The notes beneath the pieces were generated by a model that was not told the origin of the DNA, ran no database searches, and worked only from the letters and a program-made list of their open reading frames with translations. A program made the translations under genes and the position numbers. This document shows, one piece after another, positions 1 through 8,081 of a stretch of DNA of 64,000 nucleotides (position 1 is the first letter of the stretch; each line of letters starts with the position of its first letter). The DNA is from Pseudomonadota bacterium (GTDB taxonomy: Bacteria; Pseudomonadota; Gammaproteobacteria; Xanthomonadales; Wenzhouxiangellaceae). The DNA lies in contig CP053448.1 in the NCBI GenBank assembly GCA_013285445.1, forward strand, positions 2,523,530-2,587,529. Reading direction: 5' to 3'.

Positions 1-1357
1 GGTTGAGCTGCGTACCGTCGCCCCCATGCGCATACTCAACCGCTCGCTCGACAGCCGTCCGCGCCTGACCGGATGGTTGTGGCTGCTGCCGGTGCTCGGT
101 GCGCTGTCCATTCCGGTTATCCAGCTTGGTGAAGTCAGACTGGCGCTGATCGTGCTCGGGGGATCGGCCGGCCTGGCGGGGCTGCTTGCGGCGGCCGGAT
201 GGCTGGCCATGCGCCTGGCCCGGCTGGCCTCACGCCACGCACGCGCTGACTGGCGATTCGGCCTGGCCGGGCTGCAGCGCCGGCGTGGCCAGGGCATCAT
301 CCAGGTCACGGCGCTGGGCCTGGGTCTGATGGCGCTGCTGTTGCTGATGATCGTGCGCACCGAACTGCTCGATCAGTGGCGCGCCAGCCTGCCGCCGGAT
401 ACGGCCGATCACTTCGTGGTCAATATTCAGCCCGATCAGCGCGAGGCGGTCGAGGAATCGCTCCGCTCGATCGGAGCGGACAACCTGCAGATCCGACCGA
501 TGGCCACAGTCAATTTGGTCGAAGTCAACGGCGAACCGCCGCCCGATCACCGCTGGGCCGGCCAGGTCAATGTTTCCTGGATCGACAGGCTGCCCCCGGC
601 CAATCGCATCGTCCAAGGCGGGTTCTTCGAGCCCGACTCCGAAGGTGAGATTTCGCTGGCGCTGAGATGGTCGGAGCGCACCGGGATCGGGGTCGGTGAC
701 ACCATGGTCTTCGAGTCCGGCGGTCAGCGCCTGGCCGGAACGGTTACCAGCATGCGCGAAGTCGAGTGGGAGTCGTTCAACGTCAACTTTTTCATCCTGC
801 TCAGCCCGTCGGCCGCCGACTCGCTGCCGCATCAGCTCATTGCCAGCTTCCGGAGCGCGGGTGACGGCGGCGAGCTGCGCGCGCTGCAACAGCGCTGGCC
901 GAACGTCTCCATCATCGATATCGGCGCGCTGCTCGACCGCATTGGCGAGATCATTGCTCGAGTCTCGTCGGCCGCTCAGGTGGTGTTCTTCTTTACCCTG
1001 CTGGCCGGTCTGGTGGTGCTGCTGGCAGCCCTTGAAGCGACTCGTGACGAGCGCCGCAGCGAAGCGGCGCTGATTCGCGCGCTGGGCGCCGATGATTCAA
1101 TGATCCGCCGGGGCATATTGATCGAGTACAGCGCAATGGCGGTCATCGCCGCCATTCTGGCCACCGGCGGTGCGACGCTGACCGGCTGGCTGCTGGCCAG
1201 CCAGATGTTTGATTTCAGCTACCGACCCTCACCGCAGCTGCTGGCCGCCGGCGCCCTGGCCGCCTTTGCGCTGGTGGTGGGCAGCGGCTGGCTGGGCAAC
1301 CGCTCTGTTCTGCAGACTCCGGCCATGAAAATTCTGCGCGCAAAGCACGACGCCTGA
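1..1357 (+). CDS. FtsX-family ABC-transporter permease, C-terminal part (YbbP-like); 5' end lies outside the window
   Basis: The frame is open from nt 2 (no stop before the listed ATG at 26) to the stop at 1355-1357. The product has a hydrophobic helix, a ~230-aa soluble loop, then C-terminal helices around ...LEATRDERRSEAALIRALGA..., typical of FtsX-type permeases. Confidence 0.65.
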   Translation, partial: VELRTVAPMRILNRSLDSRPRLTGWLWLLPVLGALSIPVIQLGEVRLALIVLGGSAGLAGLLAAAGWLAMRLARLASRHARADWRFGLAGLQRRRGQGIIQVTALGLGLMALLLLMIVRTELLDQWRASLPPDTADHFVVNIQPDQREAVEESLRSIGADNLQIRPMATVNLVEVNGEPPPDHRWAGQVNVSWIDRLPPANRIVQGGFFEPDSEGEISLALRWSERTGIGVGDTMVFESGGQRLAGTVTSMREVEWESFNVNFFILLSPSAADSLPHQLIASFRSAGDGGELRALQQRWPNVSIIDIGALLDRIGEIIARVSSAAQVVFFFTLLAGLVVLLAALEATRDERRSEAALIRALGADDSMIRRGILIEYSAMAVIAAILATGGATLTGWLLASQMFDFSYRPSPQLLAAGALAAFALVVGSGWLGNRSVLQTPAMKILRAKHDA

Positions 1358-1416
1358 AACGGTTCGTCGCGCTGTCTGTGGAGTCCGGGCGTGTCGCTAC
1401 CGGCGAGTGAGGTGCT

Positions 1417-1854
1417 TCAGCGCTGGGTTCGAATGTCGCGCAGAATCGTGTAGCGGGTAATGTAGTGTGGATTGTCTTTGTCTTCCTGGCGTTTACCGAG
1501 CCAGCTTTCAGGGTGCGCGCCCAGATACTTGCGGTCGCTACCCGGCGCGGGCCGATAGACCAGCAGCGCGTTGTTGGATGCCGGCAGCGGCTTTGACGAG
1601 ATGAGCGTCAGCGTATCGCCCTGATCCGGATCGGCCACCGTGACCTCGATAAAACGATCGCCTGACTGCGCCATGTCCGACACTGCCCCCTGACAGTGAA
1701 CCAGCTGCCCGCGCCGCTCGAGCCCGAGGTTGCTTGACATCGATGCGCACAGCTCCTCGGCCCGCTTGAGCGTGTCGCTGCTCATGAAATCGTAGATATC
1801 GTCGTCTTTATCGCGTCTCATGCCTGTACTCATTAAAAATTTGTTGCCGGTCAC
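1417..1854 (-). CDS. hypothetical protein (no motif recognised)
   Basis: 145-codon ORF on the same strand as rarA. It has a GTG at 1854 and in-frame ATGs at 1833 and 1821, so the start is uncertain. It is preceded by an AT-rich spacer with a promoter-like signal. Confidence 0.45.
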   Translation of the reverse strand: MTGNKFLMSTGMRRDKDDDIYDFMSSDTLKRAEELCASMSSNLGLERRGQLVHCQGAVSDMAQSGDRFIEVTVADPDQGDTLTLISSKPLPASNNALLVYRPAPGSDRKYLGAHPESWLGKRQEDKDNPHYITRYTILRDIRTQR

Positions 1855-1876
1855 GCTGTTACACCAATATGTTTGT

Positions 1877-1904
1877 AATATACCTCAAAACTTTGGGCTG
1901 TAAA
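1877..1904 (-). promoter_or_regulatory. sigma70-like promoter candidate for the hypothetical gene
   Basis: On the minus strand: TTTACA (1904-1899), a 16-nt spacer, then TATATT (1882-1877). It sits in the AT-rich 59-bp gap just after the rarA stop. Confidence 0.35.
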
Positions 1905-1913
1905 AGCGCCCGA

Positions 1914-3233
1914 TCACTCAGGCTCATGCGGTTGACCGGCTGCCCTGAGACGCTCCCAGTACGCGAGCCGGCGCGCAATTTCGCGCTCGAAACCGCGCTC
2001 GGCCGGCTTGTAGAACTTCTGTCGACCCATGGCATCGGGAAAATGGCCTTGGCCGGAAAACCCGTGCTCGGTATCGTGATCGTAGACGTAGTCCCTGCCG
2101 TAGCCGAGTGACTTCATCAGTCCGGTGGGGGCGTTGAGCAGATGCGCCGGCGGCATCAGCGAGCCGGTCTGTTTTGCCGACCGCCAGGCGGTACCCGCAG
2201 CCTTGTAAAGAGCATTCGACTTCGGTGCGGTCGCCAGGTACACGACGGCCTGGACGATGGCAAGCTCGCCTTCGGGCGAACCGAGCACCTCATAGGCCTC
2301 GCGGGCGGCCAGCGTCTGTGTCAGAGCCTGGGGATCGGCCAGACCGACATCCTCGGAAGCGAAACGGATCAGGCGCCGAGCGACATAGAGCGGGTCCTCG
2401 CCCCCGATCAGCATACGGGCCAGCCAGTACAAGGCGGCATCGACATCCGAACCTCTGAGTGACTTGTGCAGCGCCGAAATCAGGTTGTAGTGTTCCTCGC
2501 GGTCCTTGTCGTAGGCCGGCGCCCGTCGCTGCACGAGCCCGGCCACACGTTCACGATCCAGGCACCGGTTTTCCCCGGCCAGTTCGTAGACCGACTCGAC
2601 CATGTTGAGCAGGTAGCGGCCATCGCCGTCGGCCATGGCCAGCAGCATCTCCCGGGCTTCCGGATCGACCGGTATCGAACGCCCGACATGGTTTTCGGCC
2701 CGCTCGAGCAGCCGTCCGAGCGCGCCCGCATCGAGCCGGTGCAGCACCAGCACCTGCATACGTGACAGCAGCGCTCCGTTGAGCTCGAAAGAGGGGTTTT
2801 CCGTGCTGGCGCCCACGAGCGTGATCGTGCCGTTCTCGACGCAAGGCAAAAAGCTGTCCTGCTGCGCGCGGTTGAAGCGGTGAATCTCGTCGACGAACAG
2901 CAGCGTCCCCTGGCCGTTGTGACGGCGTATCCGGGCGGCTTCGAAGATCTTCTTGAGATCACCGACGCCGGAAAAGATGGCGGAGATCTGAACGAAGGCG
3001 AGGTCGCCGACCTGTGCCAGCAGGCGAGCCAGCGTGGTCTTCCCGGTGCCTGGCGGACCCCAGAACACGAGGGAAGCAACCCGCCCGGATTCGATCATGC
3101 GCCGCAGCGGTCCGTTCTCGCCAAGCAGGTGATCCTGGCCGACCACATCGTCGAACGACGTCGGACGCAGCCGATCGGCCAGTGGCCCGGCAGGCACCTG
3201 ATCGGTTGTCCCGGATGCGAACAGATCGCTCAT
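1914..3233 (-). CDS. rarA: replication-associated recombination protein A (AAA+ ATPase)
   Basis: 439 aa with Walker A GPPGTGKTTLARLLA, Walker B LFVDEIHRFN and the MgsA/RarA C-terminal domain (DVDAALYWLARML). ATG at 3233. Confidence 0.9.
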   Translation of the reverse strand: MSDLFASGTTDQVPAGPLADRLRPTSFDDVVGQDHLLGENGPLRRMIESGRVASLVFWGPPGTGKTTLARLLAQVGDLAFVQISAIFSGVGDLKKIFEAARIRRHNGQGTLLFVDEIHRFNRAQQDSFLPCVENGTITLVGASTENPSFELNGALLSRMQVLVLHRLDAGALGRLLERAENHVGRSIPVDPEAREMLLAMADGDGRYLLNMVESVYELAGENRCLDRERVAGLVQRRAPAYDKDREEHYNLISALHKSLRGSDVDAALYWLARMLIGGEDPLYVARRLIRFASEDVGLADPQALTQTLAAREAYEVLGSPEGELAIVQAVVYLATAPKSNALYKAAGTAWRSAKQTGSLMPPAHLLNAPTGLMKSLGYGRDYVYDHDTEHGFSGQGHFPDAMGRQKFYKPAERGFEREIARRLAYWERLRAAGQPHEPE

Positions 3234-3329
3234 GCCCCCATTTTACGCTTCGAAAAGGTCGATGGCGGCTTTCACCATTCGCGTTGCTATACTCCCCAGG
3301 AAAACCTTACGCGAGGGGAGGACGCTCGC

Positions 3330-4958
3330 ATGCGCGGCATTCAGGACCAATTGGCGCACCGGGCCAGGACTACGCCCGGCCAGCTCTACCTGTCACAGCC
3401 GATTGACCGGCAATGGCACACCTGGAGCTGGTCAGAAGCCTTCGACGAGGCCCGTCGAATGGCCGCCGCCCTTGAGCGAATGGGCCTCGACCCCGGCGAT
3501 CGCGTCGGACTGATCTCGCGTAACTGCGCCCACTGGGTGCTGGCCGATATGGCCATCATTCTCGCTGGCCTGGTCAGCGTGCCGGTCTATCCGACCGCCA
3601 GGGCCGACACCATCCGCCAGATCCTCGAACACAGCCAATGTCGGGCCTGCTTCGTTGGCAAGATTGACGAGGCGGAACAGCGACTCGCGGGCGTTCCCGG
3701 GCACGTGACCATGATCGCGATGCCCTATCCTGAGGCTCGCGGTGATCACGACTGGGACGAACTGGCCCAGCCGCCTGCCGGTGAGTTCCAGACCCGCCAG
3801 CGGCGCGAAGACGACCTGGCCACCCTGCTCTACACCTCCGGCAGCACCGGCACACCCAAGGGCGCAATGCACAGCTTTTCGAATTTCGCCTTTGTCGGGC
3901 AGTCGATCCAGTCGGCGCTCGGCGTGGAAGCAGGCGACAAGGTCTTTTCTTACCTGCCGCTGTCGCACTGCACCGAGCGCGCTTACGTCGAAGCAGTAAG
4001 CTTTTACGCCGAAACCTCACTGTACTTTGCCGAGTCGATCGATACCTTTGCCGAGGATCTGCGTTATGTCCGGCCGACCCTGTTCGGCTCGGTGCCGCGG
4101 CTGTGGAAGCGCTTCCAGCTGGGCGTGCTCGAAAAACTGCCGCCCGGGAAACTCGACCGGCTGCTGAAGATTCCCCTCGTGGCCGGACTGATTCAGCGCA
4201 GGATCAAACAGGGGCTGGGCCTGGACCGGGTACGCTGGTTTGCCAGCGGCAGCGCCCCAATGGCCGTCTCCCTGCTGGAATGGTGGGATCGGGCGGGTGT
4301 AACCATTCGTGAAGGCTGGGGCATGACCGAGACCTTCGCCTATGGCACCCAGATCGGGATCGACATCGAACCCCGGTTCGGCACCATCAGCCGCGCCCTG
4401 CCCGGGGCGGAACTCAAGCTCAGCGACGAGCAGGAGTTGCTGATTCGCTGCCCCTGTCTGATGGAAGGCTACTACTTGGCAGACGGGCTGACCGCCGAGA
4501 GCATGACCGAAGACGGCTTCTTTCGAACCGGTGACCGCGCCTTTATCCAGAACGGCTGGGTGACCATTACCGGCCGCGTCAAGGAGTTGTTCAAGACCGC
4601 CAAGGGCAAGTATGTCGCCCCGGTGCCGATCGAAAGCCTGCTGGCACGCAACGCCTGGATCGAGATGGCCTGCGTGCTCGGCAGCGGCATGACGCAGCCT
4701 GTCGCACTGGTCCAGCTGGCCGGGCATGCACCCGATGGCCGGGCTCATCTGGCCCGGCAGCTCGAGTCCGACCTGGAGCAACTCAATCGCGAACTCGAGC
4801 CGCATGAGCGCCTGGCCAGGCTGATCGTCGTCAGCGAGACCTGGGAGGTCGACAACGGCCTGCTCACGCCCACGCTCAAGCTCAAGCGCGACGTCATTGA
4901 GAAGAAATATGCGGATCTGGTCGCCCGGGCGGACGACCGGATCACCTTCGAGGACTGA
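3330..4958 (+). CDS. AMP-dependent acyl-CoA synthetase / long-chain-fatty-acid--CoA ligase
   Basis: ATG at 3330 is preceded by GAGGGGAGGA. AMP-binding signature LLYTSGSTGTPKGAMHS and later motifs GWGMTE and FRTGD are present. The part of the listed ORF upstream of 3330 overlaps rarA on the other strand and is discounted. Confidence 0.85.
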   Translation: MRGIQDQLAHRARTTPGQLYLSQPIDRQWHTWSWSEAFDEARRMAAALERMGLDPGDRVGLISRNCAHWVLADMAIILAGLVSVPVYPTARADTIRQILEHSQCRACFVGKIDEAEQRLAGVPGHVTMIAMPYPEARGDHDWDELAQPPAGEFQTRQRREDDLATLLYTSGSTGTPKGAMHSFSNFAFVGQSIQSALGVEAGDKVFSYLPLSHCTERAYVEAVSFYAETSLYFAESIDTFAEDLRYVRPTLFGSVPRLWKRFQLGVLEKLPPGKLDRLLKIPLVAGLIQRRIKQGLGLDRVRWFASGSAPMAVSLLEWWDRAGVTIREGWGMTETFAYGTQIGIDIEPRFGTISRALPGAELKLSDEQELLIRCPCLMEGYYLADGLTAESMTEDGFFRTGDRAFIQNGWVTITGRVKELFKTAKGKYVAPVPIESLLARNAWIEMACVLGSGMTQPVALVQLAGHAPDGRAHLARQLESDLEQLNRELEPHERLARLIVVSETWEVDNGLLTPTLKLKRDVIEKKYADLVARADDRITFED

Positions 4959-4964
4959 TCGCGA

Positions 4965-5495
4965 TCATCCGCCAAACTGCTCGTCAAGCGGTGTCCGGGC
5001 AACGTGGTTGGTGTAGTTCGAAAGGGTCTTCATGCCCACACCCGTCAAAACATCGAACACATGACGGCGCTGGTAGCCGGCATCCAGAAAGGCAGAGAGA
5101 TCGTCCGCGTCCGGGTTGCCGCGGCTGGCCACAACTGTCGTCGTGAAGGTACGCAGCGCCTCGAGTTTGGGATCGTCGATCCTGCGGCCTTCGGCCGCGG
5201 CTTTGGCCACATCGTCCGGCACGCCCTGCATCGAGGCAATGGTGGTATGCGCCCGGGTACAGTAGCCACACTCGTTGTAGGCGCTGACCGCCAGCAGCAC
5301 CACCTGCTTTTCGGTCGCGCTGAAATCGGTTTTCTCGAAGATCTGGCCGATCGTCATGTAGGCCTCCAGCAAGGCCGGCGACTCGGCCATGACGCCGAGC
5401 AGGTTGGGCACAAAGCCGTATGCGGCTTCGGCCTTTTCAAGCAGCGGACGGGCCTCGGATGGCGCCGTGGACTTGTCGTGTACGCTATGGCTCAT
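4965..5495 (-). CDS. carboxymuconolactone decarboxylase-family / AhpD-like peroxidase-related protein
   Basis: 176 aa from the ATG at 5495 (MSHSVHDK...). It carries the AhpD-type CxxC motif in YNECGYCTRAH. The longer listed ORF (to 5921) is an Arg/Pro-rich upstream extension. Confidence 0.75.
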   Translation of the reverse strand: MSHSVHDKSTAPSEARPLLEKAEAAYGFVPNLLGVMAESPALLEAYMTIGQIFEKTDFSATEKQVVLLAVSAYNECGYCTRAHTTIASMQGVPDDVAKAAAEGRRIDDPKLEALRTFTTTVVASRGNPDADDLSAFLDAGYQRRHVFDVLTGVGMKTLSNYTNHVARTPLDEQFGG

Positions 5496-5645
5496 CGGTT
5501 CTCTCCTGTGTCCGGAATGAAAGTGAACGGGCATGCCACGAGCTGACGCGCTATGCTGCGGCTGGCCCGGCTTGCATCTCCAATCTGCGACTGGCCCGCT
5601 GCGATCAAAATACGTAGTAGCCGCAAGACGGCACCCCACGAGCGC

Positions 5646-6707
5646 ATGACCCGCATTCTTCTCCTCTCCGCCTACCGCTCCGACAGTCACGCTGCCTGGA
5701 CGGACTGGTTGTTGGGCCATATCGAGAATGTCGAGTGGACGGTGCGCGAACTGCCGGGCAGGCACTTCGCGTGGCGCATTCGCGGCAATCCGCTGAGCTG
5801 GCTTGACGCCATTCCCGCCGAGCCGCCGGACCTGGTGCTGGCCTCGTCCATGGTCGACCTTGCAACGCTCAGGGGACTGCAGCCGCAGCTGGTCGGTGTA
5901 CCTGCGGCCTACTACTTCCACGAAAACCAGTTTGCCTACCCGGTCAGCGACCGTCAGTTCAGGACCATCGAACCGGCTGTTGTGCAGCTATACGGCGCAC
6001 TGGCTGCAGATCAGCTGCTGTTCAATTCCGGCTACAACCAGGCGAGTTTTCTCGACGGCGTCGCCGAGTTCGCCGCGAGGATGCCCGACCGGGTGCCCGG
6101 CAACCTCACGTCGCGCCTGGCAGCGAAGTGTCAACGCCTGCCCGTGCCCGTCGAACCCGTACCGCCGGCCAGCAAGCGCGATCCGCGGCTGATCGTGTGG
6201 AATCACCGCTGGGAGTACGACAAGCGCCCGGAGCTGTTCGCCGAGGCCCTCTGCCGCCTGGCCGACCAGGGCGTCGGATTCCGGCTCGCGCTGCTGGGCA
6301 AACGGCCTCGCCAGACACCACCGGCCTTGCGCAGGATTCGCGAGCAGCTGGCAGAACGCATCGTCGTCGACGCCCGGCTGCCCGTGGAGCGCTATCGGGC
6401 CGTGCTGGGCCGTGCCGGTATCGCGGTGAGCACCGCCATTCACGAATTCCAGGGTCTGGGCATGCTCGAGGCGGCCAGCGCCGGCGCGCTGCCGCTGGTG
6501 CCCGACGGCCTGTGTTACGTCGAACAGTACCCGGACCCTTGCCGCTACCCGGCGGGGGAGGTCGAAGCGCTGGTCGGAACACTGGCCGCCTGGCTGGAAG
6601 GCAAGCGCCCCGCACCGGTCGATATCGGGCGCTGGCTGGCGCCGGCGCTGGCGCCGCACTGGGCGCGGTGGCTAAGCGCAAGCGCGGGCACCATCAGGTC
6701 GACGTAG
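5646..6707 (+). CDS. DUF3524-type glycosyltransferase (bacterial homologue of the tRNA-queuosine mannosyltransferase family)
   Basis: The N-terminus from the ATG at 5646 is MTRILLLSAYRSDSHAAWTDWLL...ELPGRHFAWRIRGNPLSW, the characteristic DUF3524 N-terminus (recognised from memory). A GT1-like C-terminal half follows (WNHRWEYDK..., FQGLGMLEA). Confidence 0.7.
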   Translation: MTRILLLSAYRSDSHAAWTDWLLGHIENVEWTVRELPGRHFAWRIRGNPLSWLDAIPAEPPDLVLASSMVDLATLRGLQPQLVGVPAAYYFHENQFAYPVSDRQFRTIEPAVVQLYGALAADQLLFNSGYNQASFLDGVAEFAARMPDRVPGNLTSRLAAKCQRLPVPVEPVPPASKRDPRLIVWNHRWEYDKRPELFAEALCRLADQGVGFRLALLGKRPRQTPPALRRIREQLAERIVVDARLPVERYRAVLGRAGIAVSTAIHEFQGLGMLEAASAGALPLVPDGLCYVEQYPDPCRYPAGEVEALVGTLAAWLEGKRPAPVDIGRWLAPALAPHWARWLSASAGTIRST

Positions 6708-6800
6708 GTGGCGCTGGCGGCCGCGCGACGATCGGCTCCAGGCGCCGGATCTGACCAGGGCCTGTCTCATTGGCGCGCTGGGCAGGCTACACTCTGGCGC

Positions 6801-7547
6801 ATGGCCCGCGTCCTCGTCTTCCAGCATGTTGCCGCCGAGCCGCTGGGGTTGCTCGACCCCATGCTGCGTGAGCGCAACCACCGGATACGCTATGTCAATT
6901 TCGCGCGTGACCCCGACGCGCAGCCGCGCCTGGACCGCTACCAGGGACTGATCGTACTGGGCGGCCCGATGCAGGTGGACCAGACCGAACGCCACAAACA
7001 CCTGCTGACCGAGTGCCGGCTGATCGAGCAGGCAATGCAACAAGACAAGCCGGTTCTCGGCATCTGTCTGGGCGCGCAGCTTGTTGCCCATGTCCATGGC
7101 GCAGCGGTCGGGCCCGCGCCGCAGCCGAAGATCGGCTGGTATACCCTTCATCCGACCGCCGCCACGGCGACCGATCCGGTGCTGGCACCGCTGGACCGGC
7201 CCCGCCCGGTCTATCAGTGGCATCACTGGGGTTTCGACTGCCCCGACGGAGGCGTCAGCCTGGCCGAGCACCCGAACAGCGGCTGTCAGGCCTTCCGGGT
7301 CGGGGAGTCGGCCTGGGGCTTCCAGTTCCATCTCGAGCTCGATGAGCGGCTGATCCGACGCTGGCTGACCCTGCCGTTCTACCGCAATGACCTGGCCGCT
7401 TCCGGGCTTGGACGCGCACCGGAAGACATCCGGCTGGCGACCCGGCGCCATCTGCCCGGGACGCTCAAGCTGGCCGACGCAGTCTTCAGCCGCTGGCTCG
7501 CCCGGCTCAAAGAGCCCGACAGTCGGCTGGTGCTCGGCTCGCGCTGA
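6801..7547 (+). CDS. class I glutamine amidotransferase (GMP-synthase-like GATase domain protein)
   Basis: MARVLVFQHVAAEPLG... with a nucleophile-elbow motif PVLGICLGAQL and, later, QFHLE. ATG at 6801. Confidence 0.75.
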   Translation: MARVLVFQHVAAEPLGLLDPMLRERNHRIRYVNFARDPDAQPRLDRYQGLIVLGGPMQVDQTERHKHLLTECRLIEQAMQQDKPVLGICLGAQLVAHVHGAAVGPAPQPKIGWYTLHPTAATATDPVLAPLDRPRPVYQWHHWGFDCPDGGVSLAEHPNSGCQAFRVGESAWGFQFHLELDERLIRRWLTLPFYRNDLAASGLGRAPEDIRLATRRHLPGTLKLADAVFSRWLARLKEPDSRLVLGSR

Positions 7548-7633
7548 CTTGTCTGTACTCGACCGGCGGCGCACAATATCGACAGCCTGTCCTGACAGGC
7601 GCGTCGATACCACCCGGTACTGGAGCCTCGGAT

Positions 7634-8071
7634 ATGACTAGAGACACGACAGCAACGATTCCCCTGCATTTCTGGATCATCGGCGTTGTGGCTTTGCTGT
7701 GGAACGCCGTCGGCGCCTTCGACTTTCTGGCCACGCAGATCCGGCTGGAATCCTATATGGCCGCATTCAGCGAGGAACAGCTGACCTTCTTCTACGGCAT
7801 TCCGGCCTGGGCCGTGGTCACCTGGGGCATCGCCACCTGGGGTGCCCTGCTCGGAGCGCTGGCCATGCTCTTGCGGCGGCGAATTGCCTACTGCCTGTTC
7901 ATCATCTCCCTGCTGGCCATGCTGGCAACGTCGTTCGAGAACTTCCTGCTCTCCAACGGCGCCGAGATCATGGGAACGACGGGCATCATCTTTTCGGGCG
8001 TCATCGCCGTGATCAGCATCTTCCTGGTCTTCTACACTCGGGCGATGCTGCAGCGCGGTATATTGCGCTGA
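7634..8071 (+). CDS. small integral membrane protein (4 predicted helices), function unknown
   Basis: ATG at 7634 is preceded by TGGAG. The 145-aa product is strongly hydrophobic with four helix-length segments. Confidence 0.5.
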   Translation: MTRDTTATIPLHFWIIGVVALLWNAVGAFDFLATQIRLESYMAAFSEEQLTFFYGIPAWAVVTWGIATWGALLGALAMLLRRRIAYCLFIISLLAMLATSFENFLLSNGAEIMGTTGIIFSGVIAVISIFLVFYTRAMLQRGILR

Positions 8072-8081
8072 TCATCACGAC

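Noticed and set aside
2880-3329. 150-codon N-terminal extension of the acyl-CoA synthetase ORF
   Set aside because: It overlaps the 5' part of rarA on the other strand. A well-placed SD and ATG at 3330 give a normal-length enzyme.
5496-5921. Upstream extension of the AhpD-like ORF (listed as 318 aa)
   Set aside because: The extension is Arg/Pro/Gly-rich and overlaps the DUF3524 gene region. The family is ~175 aa, and the ATG at 5495 gives exactly that.
6672-7613. 313-aa minus-strand ORF
   Set aside because: It is antisense to the glutamine amidotransferase gene, which carries the conserved GICLGAQ nucleophile motif.
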